This document shows, one piece after another, positions 20,000 through 28,535 of a stretch of DNA of 64,000 nucleotides. Within the stretch, counting starts at the first letter, position 1; each line of letters begins with the position of its first letter. The notes below the pieces were generated by a model. That model made no database searches, had not been told where the DNA came from, and was given only the letters and a program-made list of their open reading frames with translations. Source of the stretch: a virus (taxonomy: Duplodnaviria > Caudoviricetes); the IMG/VR virus record IMGVR_UViG_2974644787_000001, positions 1 through 64,000 of that record; one strand, 5' to 3'. Position numbers and translations under genes: made by a program.

Positions 20000-20330
20000 T
20001 ACCTAAATCTCACACTGGGATTTAGGAACGGACAAGACATTGGCACGGTTTCAACCCGTGGTGGGTGGTGGGTGGCGAGTGGTTCCTTTCGCAAGGTGGC
20101 GGAAAATACAGACGCGGTGGGCGCGGAAAGACTCTCCCCCATGGCTCCGAGCAGAAGGCTGACTGAGAGATGTAGGCTGGGTAATCGGGATGAAGGTGTG
20201 AACCCTTCCCTTGTGAGTATTGAAACCATTTAAAAGAATTTACTGAGCCGTAGGCGGTCGGAATTCGAGGGTAGTTACTCGAAGTCCAAGAGTGTTTCAA
20301 GGAACTACCTTTGGAACGCGACTTGCGGAA
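20000..20330 (+). ncRNA. Structured non-coding RNA with a tRNA-like core and kissing-loop 3' domain
   Basis: GC-rich intergenic island; acceptor-like CGCAAGG/CCTTGTG, D-like, anticodon-like and T-like stems; complementary loops GTAGTT/AACTAC. Confidence 0.75.
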
Positions 20331-20354
20331 ATTTTCAAAACAAGGACAAGAATC

Positions 20355-20846
20355 GTGAGCAATAAATTTCAACAAAAAAGAGCCAAACAAGTTATTGGGA
20401 AAGAGCGGGTGGAGTTACTCACATTTACGCATAGATTCTATCTTCATTACATGAATCCAATTCATCGATGGATAGTTCTTGCTTTGTTTAAATTATCTGT
20501 GAAAGCGAATCTTAGAAAGAAGCCTAGACTCTCTGAATTTTTACAGTTTCTTTCTCAGTTTATCCAAGCTTTTGCGGGATACTCAGTGACTCATGTTTCC
20601 AATGTTCCTCCGAAAATAGATATCTACTCAATGGGGATAAGGATTGGCCTCGCAAATTTCTTCTGGAAAAGACGATGGCTATTAATGTGTAAAATATTCC
20701 TTTTGGGAAAAGATCCAGATTTTATCGATTCTATGAAGCGGTTAATTGTCTCAAATTATCGAGAAGGTCTGAATTTGCCTGAGCCAACTGCAAACGAAGT
20801 AAATCGGGGTTCGGCTCGACAGGTTTTGCCCTTGAAGCAGGTGTAA
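20355..20846 (+). CDS. Hypothetical basic protein
   Basis: GTG start after AAGGA; the longer 20292 start would overlap the RNA structure. Confidence 0.45.
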   Translation: MSNKFQQKRAKQVIGKERVELLTFTHRFYLHYMNPIHRWIVLALFKLSVKANLRKKPRLSEFLQFLSQFIQAFAGYSVTHVSNVPPKIDIYSMGIRIGLANFFWKRRWLLMCKIFLLGKDPDFIDSMKRLIVSNYREGLNLPEPTANEVNRGSARQVLPLKQV

Positions 20847-21143
20847 GAATTTTATATATATCACGGTGTCTTGTATAGATACCGTTGATAATACCTATAG
20901 TAAGTTTCTTTTGAGCATGTGTTAGATATATTGATTTAGTTCGGATATCTCTCAGCTTTCTCACTTCTGATAAAAAAATCCTTATCTTCCCTTGAGAAAA
21001 CAATTCAAGTAATCTATCGATTGATGCGTGAATTATAATGAATTCAGCAGTTGGAATATTTGGATCAAAATTCTCTTCTTCATGTACCACAATAATCCGA
21101 TAATACGAGACATAAAAAAACATTCAAGTATTTCATTTTTTTC

Positions 21144-21180
21144 TTGCAAATTGCCGGTATTTCTTCCCTTGTCACTCCCT
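21144..21180 (+). promoter_or_regulatory. Late-type promoter copy 5: TTGCAA-N17-CCTTGT-CACTCCCT, leadered
   Basis: Conserved motif; the next gene has its own SD (GAGGT) before ATG 21213. Confidence 0.75.
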
Positions 21181-21212
21181 AATCAATACCTGCTCCGCTT
21201 ATGCGAGGTAAA

Positions 21213-22001
21213 ATGTTAGCTAATATAGATCAGAAAATTAATCAAGCCCAAGGAGAAGCTAGTAAAGAACTAGTTGTCACCTCTATCGAGAAGTCCTCTT
21301 TGTCGGTCAAAATTGGATCTAAACCTTTCTATGTACGGGAAAGTGATACCGGAAGAAAGTTTTACTGGAATGGACTCAAGTTTATCGATTTAACAAATGA
21401 TCCTGGTTTGCGTGCTTGCAATACTTTGCGAATCGCGACTAATGTCGCTGATGCGGAAACCGTTGTAATTGGTTCAAGAATCTATGAATTTGATCGTGCA
21501 GAAAATGGTGTAGTATCTGGGAACATTGCTGTAAAAGGACATGCGGATGATACACCTGGGAATGCAATTACTGCGCTTGTAGAAGCTATTAATTCAGATG
21601 CAATTTCAGAAGTAACGGCTATTAAAGTTTCAGCAAATGAAATGTTTGTTTATCACAAAGAACCTGGTAACAAGACTACCGCTACTTCAGAAACACTCAT
21701 GGGAGCAAACAACGGCTGGGCATCTGCAACGTTACTCAATGGTCGTGAACCCGGTAGTCAGTCGTATTCTGTGATTCGGCGCGTTCCTACTGCAGTTGAA
21801 GTCGCTTTAGGTGTAATGCATTTCTATTTCGATTATCCTCCTACTTTGGCTGATATTCGTGTTGTCGTGACTGCGACTCCAGGTGTTCCATTAGCATGGG
21901 ACGGTGCAGTAACAATTACTGGGAATAGACTTACAATTGACAACACTGGCTCTGTTGATTGGTCAACAACCAACACGATCGTTCTTACGGTGGCAAAATA
22001 G
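21213..22001 (+). CDS. Probable head decoration or accessory structural protein
   Basis: Small-residue, beta-rich protein opening the capsid operon. Confidence 0.5.
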   Translation: MLANIDQKINQAQGEASKELVVTSIEKSSLSVKIGSKPFYVRESDTGRKFYWNGLKFIDLTNDPGLRACNTLRIATNVADAETVVIGSRIYEFDRAENGVVSGNIAVKGHADDTPGNAITALVEAINSDAISEVTAIKVSANEMFVYHKEPGNKTTATSETLMGANNGWASATLLNGREPGSQSYSVIRRVPTAVEVALGVMHFYFDYPPTLADIRVVVTATPGVPLAWDGAVTITGNRLTIDNTGSVDWSTTNTIVLTVAK

Positions 22002-22002
22002 C

Positions 22003-22308
22003 GTGAGAAAATTTCTAGCAGCTCAGGATATTGCAAGAGCTCCGTATGCAAACCATTTTACGGAGCCACATAACGCAACTATCGTAGCATTGAATGATCC
22101 TGAAAAAATCTACGTTATTACGGAAGTTCGTTCAAGTGGAGCATGGACCTGCGAATATACGAACTCCTCAGCTGATGGGAAGGTATATTCACGAAATGGG
22201 AATGGAATACAGTCTTTTGTCCCAAAAGCATTCACTGCCGAGAACTTGAAATTCGTGGGTGTCACTGAGGTTTCAGGTTATTATATTCCTGCTGGTAAAG
22301 TTTTTTAA
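22003..22308 (+). CDS. Small hypothetical structural protein
   Basis: GTG directly after the upstream stop; beta-rich. Confidence 0.5.
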   Translation: MRKFLAAQDIARAPYANHFTEPHNATIVALNDPEKIYVITEVRSSGAWTCEYTNSSADGKVYSRNGNGIQSFVPKAFTAENLKFVGVTEVSGYYIPAGKVF

Positions 22309-22722
22309 ATGGCTGCTATACAAATCAAGTCACAAGTCACTTTAGTTGAAGATTCTGGTGTGCAAGTCGTATTACCAGAAACTGTAACACAAAACGAATT
22401 CATCAAAGGTGCGCTTAGTGAGACAATCATTATAGAAAATCCAGTTTCCAATACAATGGTTACTCCAGTGACAGTTTCACTCGAATCGTATCCAAATACT
22501 ACATGCATAGTACTAAAAGCCGAGTATGCCGAAAATGATTTCCCAAATGGAATCAAAGCAGGTGATAGAGCCAAATTTCAATTCAGATTTGACGGGGGAA
22601 ATTGGTGTGAAGCCTATTCCGTGATTCTCGAAGGTTATAAGCCTGCTACGCCAGAAATAGAAATTAGAGCTCAAGGTGCTGCAAAAATTCTAGTAAAGAG
22701 GACTGTCAGTGCAACCGAATAA
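22309..22722 (+). CDS. Small hypothetical structural protein
   Basis: Coupled ORF in the capsid operon. Confidence 0.55.
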   Translation: MAAIQIKSQVTLVEDSGVQVVLPETVTQNEFIKGALSETIIIENPVSNTMVTPVTVSLESYPNTTCIVLKAEYAENDFPNGIKAGDRAKFQFRFDGGNWCEAYSVILEGYKPATPEIEIRAQGAAKILVKRTVSATE

Positions 22723-23542
22723 ACCTTATTGTTTTTTAAAATCTGCAACCGTTGAACAAGCTGAAATTGAAGGCAAGTTCATCAATATGCTTCTTAAAGT
22801 ATCGACAGAGAAGCGTGATAAAGAAGGTGATATGTTCCTAAAAGGAGCTTGGACCCACAAAGAAGATGTTGAATACTTTCAAAAGAAAGGTGTGATTGAT
22901 TGGAATCACTTATCACAAACTTCAAAATTTGCAAAGTCGAATAACCCGAAAGAAAAGGCCGAAAATGAATTGGTTAGCGCCGAAGCTATTATTGGTGTTC
23001 CAAGTGGTCGAGGGCTATTTTTTGGCGAAGATGGATTGTATTGTGAAGCCCGAATTAACGCAGAAAATAAATACATCAAACCATTCGTTCCATTACTCAA
23101 AGCTGGGTTTTCTGGATTGGAAGTTTCTGCTGCCGGTGGTGCATATCGTCCAAGCCCAGAAACAATTTCCAAGTATGGGGAAAAGACTTGGGATCGCGCG
23201 CGTCTTACTCACATTGCAATTTGCCCACCTGGTGAGGCAATCAATGATGAAACACAAGCTTTACTCATAAAGTCTCATCTCCCTTCGGAACTTGGATGGA
23301 AGGATGATGAGGAGCCAATATCAACCAAGTTTAATATTGATCCTGTCGGTTCAGTGTTAGAATACATTTCCTCTTCACCTGACTACAATCAATGGGTTGC
23401 AAACAGACTAGTTGGTGCAATCGATTCTGGTCTTCTCCAAAAGGATTACCAAGCGATTTTTGAATTCGTTAAAAATCATGGTCTATCGGTAGAGAAGGCA
23501 AAACAATACGCAATTAAACTACTACAGGCTATGGAGGTCTGA
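22709..23542 (+). CDS. Prohead (maturation) protease
   Basis: STEKRDKEGD, IDWNH, VSAAG and THIAIC...AIN motifs; upstream of scaffold and capsid genes. Confidence 0.85.
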   Translation: MQPNKPYCFLKSATVEQAEIEGKFINMLLKVSTEKRDKEGDMFLKGAWTHKEDVEYFQKKGVIDWNHLSQTSKFAKSNNPKEKAENELVSAEAIIGVPSGRGLFFGEDGLYCEARINAENKYIKPFVPLLKAGFSGLEVSAAGGAYRPSPETISKYGEKTWDRARLTHIAICPPGEAINDETQALLIKSHLPSELGWKDDEEPISTKFNIDPVGSVLEYISSSPDYNQWVANRLVGAIDSGLLQKDYQAIFEFVKNHGLSVEKAKQYAIKLLQAMEV

Positions 23543-23543
23543 A

Positions 23544-24275
23544 ATGAATAAGGATTGGCAGAAACAGTTTATGGGACTTGTCTCCTCGTTTACCAAATCC
23601 AGTACAGGAGCAGAGGATACACCGCCACCTCCTAGTGCTGAAGATGGTGGAACAGAAGCAGGTGAGGGAATCTCTGATGAATTTTTAGATAAATTGAAGT
23701 CAGCGATTGAATCAGGTGAGGTTGCAGTCGAAGAATCGGCAATCCAGGCTTACTGTAAAACAAATGGAATTTCTGATGAAGACAGTGCAGAAATTTGGGG
23801 AATTATCTCTGAAGGTTTGGGTGATGATGGTGGTGAAGAGCCCGCATCTGAGCCTAATCCAGATAGTGATATCCAGAAAGGTGGGAACAAGGGTATGGAC
23901 CCTGACTTTGTGGCTTTTGCAAAATCAGCAGCATTGGCTGTTAAAAGCGCAGAGACTCATGAAATGGCTATCGCTTCATTAATCGAAGAGAATGCTGCAA
24001 TCGCAAAAGAAAACCAAGAAATCAAAAAGGAAATCACATTCCTGAAATCAGAACTCGGGAAAATATTAAAACAACCGGTTGATTCAAAGAAACCTGTTAT
24101 TGATACTTCCGGGATCCCTGCGCAATACGGAAGAGCTGAAATTATTCAGCGAATTTCCAAAGGTGTCCAGGATAAAAAATTAGCTCTCGGTGACTTGCAG
24201 ACGTTCAAATCGTCCGGCCGTCAAACTGAGGCTGTTGTGGAATTTTTAAAAAGTTCATCCAAAGGGGGAAACTAA
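23544..24275 (+). CDS. Capsid scaffolding protein
   Basis: Acidic, coiled-coil protein between the protease and major capsid genes. Confidence 0.65.
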   Translation: MNKDWQKQFMGLVSSFTKSSTGAEDTPPPPSAEDGGTEAGEGISDEFLDKLKSAIESGEVAVEESAIQAYCKTNGISDEDSAEIWGIISEGLGDDGGEEPASEPNPDSDIQKGGNKGMDPDFVAFAKSAALAVKSAETHEMAIASLIEENAAIAKENQEIKKEITFLKSELGKILKQPVDSKKPVIDTSGIPAQYGRAEIIQRISKGVQDKKLALGDLQTFKSSGRQTEAVVEFLKSSSKGGN

Positions 24276-25828
24276 TGAAACTCAACTTAAAATTCACTTT
24301 GATTGGTGTTGTTTCAACAATTCTCTTCTGCATTGGCCTCCTCCATCTTGGAGGCACTGAGACTGTTATGCTCGGGTTATTAACCCCGTCATTCGGTTCG
24401 CTAGAAGAAATCAGAAACTTCATGAAGTCATTTAACGCAAATAGCGACGGTATCACCGACGTTACTGCTCTCACAAATGGTGCTGCAACTACTATGCACA
24501 ATTTGGACGAAGAGATGGTTCTCTTAGCACAGGATTCAGACGAATATAACTTCCTGAATACAATGTTCTATCGAGATACCAAATCGACTCTAAACGTGTT
24601 TGGTCAAATTCTCGATTGGGGTGGCAATGGCGACTTCTCATTCGTAGGTGAAGTAGACGATGCAGAATTCAAAGATGTTTCCATTAAAAGAATCTCTAAA
24701 ACCGTTTCTTTCCTCGCGGAAGGTTATGCAGTATCTAAGGTTTTGGATATCCAAGACACAGGTTCTTATGATCCAGAAGCAATCCAAGTTCAAGGTGCGA
24801 TTAACCGAATCATGCAAACTCTCGCTTATGGTGCCTGGTATGCTGAGAAGGCTATCAATCCACTTGAATTCGATGGTTTTGTAACTGAACTAAAGAATGC
24901 TGGTCAAGTTTATGATGCTCGCGGTGGTTTTCCAGAAATTAAAATCATCAAAGAATTAGCTGTGAATATCAGAACAAACTTCGGTATGGTTAACGAATTT
25001 TGGCTCCACGATGGTGTTAAAAACGTATTGGATACATACTACACTGAATCCAAAGAATTTTTTACCCAACCGAATAACGGATCTATGGCAGACGTTGGAT
25101 ACAATATCCCAGGTTTAGTTGGTGCTCCACTCAAAGATAAAAGATTGGAATTCAAAACTGACCTTTGGATGAACCGTCATCTAGTTGAATTGCCAACTTA
25201 CAGAGACGCCAACGGGAACAAAGTATCGGGGAAAACAAATTCTCTCGCTCCAGATGCACCTAGTATCGCATTAGCAGTTTCTGGTGGTTCGGTTTTAGGT
25301 TCTCAGTGGCTTCCAAAAGATACAAAAAATTCATCTGGTGCTGATGCCGGTGTAAGTTATCGAGTGGTTGCATGTAACAAATCGGGTCGTTCTGCTCCTA
25401 GTGCGATTGTAACTTCGACTGCAATGAGTGTAGGAAAATCGATCACTGTAACCATTACACCTGCTGGAAGTGGATACGCGGCGACTTATTTCCAAATTTT
25501 CCGTGAGACTTTCCCTGGCTCTGGTGACTTCCGATTGACAGAAAGAATCGTGAAATCTGCAAACCCTACAACTGTGTATGTTGATCTCAATGCTTGGCGC
25601 CCAGGTTGTACTGAAGGTGTTGTTGGTGATTTCAATTCAAGATCTGCTCTCGACCAAAAACGAACCTACCAAATGTTACGTATGTTGCCTTTGTTACAAA
25701 CCAAGTTCTCACCGAACGCAGTTTATCAAAGAAAACTAGCAGGTATGGTTGAATGGTATGGTGGTCTTGCGGTTTTACAACCAAAGAGATTCTATTTAAT
25801 TAAGAACTTACCTACTACACTCGTATAG
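24275..25828 (+). CDS. Major capsid protein
   Basis: 517 aa; KSF...GAA..M.NLD start, NPLEFDG, and an Ig/FN3-like insertion (YRVVACNKSGRSAPS); followed by a terminator. Confidence 0.9.
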   Translation: MKLNLKFTLIGVVSTILFCIGLLHLGGTETVMLGLLTPSFGSLEEIRNFMKSFNANSDGITDVTALTNGAATTMHNLDEEMVLLAQDSDEYNFLNTMFYRDTKSTLNVFGQILDWGGNGDFSFVGEVDDAEFKDVSIKRISKTVSFLAEGYAVSKVLDIQDTGSYDPEAIQVQGAINRIMQTLAYGAWYAEKAINPLEFDGFVTELKNAGQVYDARGGFPEIKIIKELAVNIRTNFGMVNEFWLHDGVKNVLDTYYTESKEFFTQPNNGSMADVGYNIPGLVGAPLKDKRLEFKTDLWMNRHLVELPTYRDANGNKVSGKTNSLAPDAPSIALAVSGGSVLGSQWLPKDTKNSSGADAGVSYRVVACNKSGRSAPSAIVTSTAMSVGKSITVTITPAGSGYAATYFQIFRETFPGSGDFRLTERIVKSANPTTVYVDLNAWRPGCTEGVVGDFNSRSALDQKRTYQMLRMLPLLQTKFSPNAVYQRKLAGMVEWYGGLAVLQPKRFYLIKNLPTTLV

Positions 25829-25841
25829 GTTTGGAACTAAG

Positions 25842-25867
25842 AGACAGGGTTTTGGCCCTGTCTTTTC
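25842..25867 (+). terminator. Rho-independent terminator after the major capsid gene
   Basis: AGACAGGG-TTTTGG-CCCTGTCT then TTTC. Confidence 0.75.
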
Positions 25868-25877
25868 ATTAAACACA

Positions 25878-28535
25878 ATGCTCACTGCCAATAGCGAAGG
25901 AAATACAGATGTTGGAAATTTAACCGGTGGAGCAGCACTTCAGAAAGATCCATTTTCTCGGTCTACCCGTGGGAAAAGTTTCAAAAAATACATAAAATCC
26001 TTAAAAGGTAAATTTTTCCAAAAATCGTTGCAAAAGAAAATAGTCTGCATTGATTTTGATGGTGTAATAAACTCTTATAAGTCAGGATGGCAAGGCTTTT
26101 CAATTTTACCAGATCCTCCTGTCAACGGTGCGATAGAGTTCCTATTTAATCTTTTCCATTCGGGAGAATTTGAAATTGTAATTTTTTCTTCCAGATGTGC
26201 AAAACCTGAAGGCGTTCAAGCAATTAAAGAATACCTCGATCATCATGAAAAAGAATATCGTGATTTTCTTTATGACCAAAAAGGTGGGAGTCCTAAAACT
26301 CATTATCTCTCACGTACTTCGAAATTTACCGATAAAAAGATTCCAGCTCATTTATATATAGATGATAGATCTCTAAATTTCAATGGCATTGCATTCCCAT
26401 CTCTTGATGAAGTAAGAAATTTTAAGTCTTGGGTAGATTCTGGTGAATTCCAAAAATCAGTTTTAAAAATCTCTAAGGATGAATTCCATCCAAATCCAAC
26501 TCACGCACAAAAAGAAGCAGGCAACTACAAGAAAGCCCATGTAAAAGTCCAAGGCTTTGATATTTCCGTGGAAAACCCAAAGGGATCCTATAGAAGAGGA
26601 AAAGATTCCGATGGCAAAGAGTGGAAAAATAAAATGGTCCATCATTACGGCTATTTCAAAAGAACATTGGGAAAAGACGGAGACCATATCGATTGTTTCA
26701 TTGGACCAAATACAAATTCAGAACTCGTTTTTATCATTAACCAAATCAAGCCTTCATCTGGTGTTTTCGATGAGCATAAAGTTATGCTAGGTTTTGATTC
26801 TTTGGAAGATGCAAGAGAAGGTTATTTAGTAAACTATACTCCCGGCTGGAAAGGATTAGGTGAGATAAAATCAATGACCGTGGACCAATTCAAAACCTGG
26901 CTAGAGAAAGCTGATACAACTAAGAAAGCGAAATCCGTAATTATTAAATCCTCAATAAAAAACTTATTCTTAAAAAGTAATAAAGCACAGGTAGGCGAAA
27001 CTCGTACTTGGGCTGATGGGAAACGACATCGTAAAACTGACAAAGGTTGGGTAGAAGTATCCGGCAATAATCAGGCCACTCCTCCTCTTAATGAATTGAA
27101 TGAAAAACGAAAACCAAATGTAGATTCAAATTCTGGTCAAAATAAAACATACGAACAGAAAGCTATTGAGGCAATCGAAAGATGGAAGGAGTTCGAGCAA
27201 CTTGCGAAAGAAAGGAACAAGCAGAGAATTTCGAAAATGAAGCCCGAGAAAAGAAACGAGGCATTTGATATTAAGAATGCCGAACCAGGCGATATCGTTA
27301 GAATTGAGAGACCAATAGATGGGCGGGTAAATCGAGGCCATCTAGCGAAAGTTTTGGATAAAATTGATGGGCACCTAAAAGTGATGCTCCCTTCAGGAAG
27401 TATTTTTCTATTTTTGGCTGCAGATCTAGCTTTCGCAAAATCGAGTAAAACGCATTTCATGCAAAAATTCTTCCCATTCATAAAAGGGAAACTTGCTCAG
27501 GTTGGTGAAATTAGAACATGGTCCGATGGGAATAAATACCGAAAAGAATCGAATGGATGGCGAATGATTGGTGAGAGTGAGAACAAGGCTGCACACCAAA
27601 CAACATCAAAGGAAGCCTCAAAAAAAGCCGGTATGTCCAAAGAAGAACATTCGCAGGCAACAGAAAAAGCCATGCAAGACGGGGTTAAAATTCCAGTTAA
27701 AGTTTTAAGGGAGTACCCTACACTTCTTGAAAAATATCCAAAATATAAGGAAAGAGTCAGTGCTATAGATTCTCTTTCTAAAGGGATGAAAAAAGGAGAG
27801 AAAATTGGGAACCAATTGGAAGTATCTTCTGATTCACTAAAACAAGGGAAAATTCCTGATGCAATCAAATCGATTGATTTAATGAAATCTAATGGGAATC
27901 GATTAGAAAAATCCGGTGATCCAAAAATCCAAGCAGCTGAAAAGTTAAATAACCTAAAGTCTCCAGAAGGTAAACTTAAAGTTGCAGTTAAAAAAATAAA
28001 ATCAGAAGCCAAACTTAAACTCACCTCAAAAGAGCAGAAGAAAGTGGATGATTTTGAAAACAGAAACCTTGCAACTGAAGCTATTATGGTTTATGCAAAC
28101 AAACTGAAAAACAAAAAGTATTTGTTTGCACTAAAGGAAAACAGAAAAAAGCATCTTAAGCTCGGCCATCTTAGCAATGAACTCAAGAAAGAGAGAGATG
28201 ACATTTTCCATGAAGTCATGCGAGAATTTAAATCGGATTCTGAAAGACTTGGGAAAATTAATAAACCTGAAACTCTGACAGATTCACAAATTTATGAAAA
28301 CGTAAGGGATGCTTCCCTACTCGATCCTAAGAAACTACAGAGAAATGTATCTCTCATTGATATACAAATTGCGATGGCAGAGAAGCAAGGAAAAGCCAAT
28401 GCAATTCGAAAATTAGAAGTCAAGGGAACGATGTATCGAGTCGCTCAGCTCTTTCAAAGCGATAAATCTATGACTAAAGATGATGTTGCCTCTCTTGTAA
28501 GACATGGAGCGGAGTTGCCAGACCAGAGACCATAG
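25878..28535 (+). CDS. Polyvalent internal protein: HAD phosphatase, inorganic-pyrophosphatase-like domain, SH3-like domain and repeats
   Basis: CIDFDGV...IDDR (HAD); ENPKGS.R...YGYF...GKDGDHIDCFIG...FDEHKVMLGF (InPase of polyvalent proteins). Confidence 0.8.
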   Translation: MLTANSEGNTDVGNLTGGAALQKDPFSRSTRGKSFKKYIKSLKGKFFQKSLQKKIVCIDFDGVINSYKSGWQGFSILPDPPVNGAIEFLFNLFHSGEFEIVIFSSRCAKPEGVQAIKEYLDHHEKEYRDFLYDQKGGSPKTHYLSRTSKFTDKKIPAHLYIDDRSLNFNGIAFPSLDEVRNFKSWVDSGEFQKSVLKISKDEFHPNPTHAQKEAGNYKKAHVKVQGFDISVENPKGSYRRGKDSDGKEWKNKMVHHYGYFKRTLGKDGDHIDCFIGPNTNSELVFIINQIKPSSGVFDEHKVMLGFDSLEDAREGYLVNYTPGWKGLGEIKSMTVDQFKTWLEKADTTKKAKSVIIKSSIKNLFLKSNKAQVGETRTWADGKRHRKTDKGWVEVSGNNQATPPLNELNEKRKPNVDSNSGQNKTYEQKAIEAIERWKEFEQLAKERNKQRISKMKPEKRNEAFDIKNAEPGDIVRIERPIDGRVNRGHLAKVLDKIDGHLKVMLPSGSIFLFLAADLAFAKSSKTHFMQKFFPFIKGKLAQVGEIRTWSDGNKYRKESNGWRMIGESENKAAHQTTSKEASKKAGMSKEEHSQATEKAMQDGVKIPVKVLREYPTLLEKYPKYKERVSAIDSLSKGMKKGEKIGNQLEVSSDSLKQGKIPDAIKSIDLMKSNGNRLEKSGDPKIQAAEKLNNLKSPEGKLKVAVKKIKSEAKLKLTSKEQKKVDDFENRNLATEAIMVYANKLKNKKYLFALKENRKKHLKLGHLSNELKKERDDIFHEVMREFKSDSERLGKINKPETLTDSQIYENVRDASLLDPKKLQRNVSLIDIQIAMAEKQGKANAIRKLEVKGTMYRVAQLFQSDKSMTKDDVASLVRHGAELPDQRP

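Noticed and set aside
20060-20075. G-quadruplex from GG-T-GGG-T-GG-T-GGG-T-GG
   Set aside because: At most two tiers; cannot be supported without probing and may pair elsewhere in the RNA
20186-20215. CCCTTGTG in the ncRNA as a late promoter
   Set aside because: No -35 at the right spacing; explained as the acceptor-like stem
20090-20216. Functional decoding tRNA
   Set aside because: No TTC in the T loop, 16-nt anticodon loop, oversized variable region and no CCA; kept only as a tRNA-like domain of an ncRNA
21107-21115. GAGACATAA as a further iteron-like box
   Set aside because: A single 9-mer match is expected about once by chance in an AT-rich 64-kb sequence
20731-21123. RelE/ParE-like toxin (HRDIYK motif)
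   Set aside because: The other RelE motifs are absent or out of order, there is no antitoxin partner, and it overlaps a convergent ORF; may be a real hypothetical gene but is unsupported
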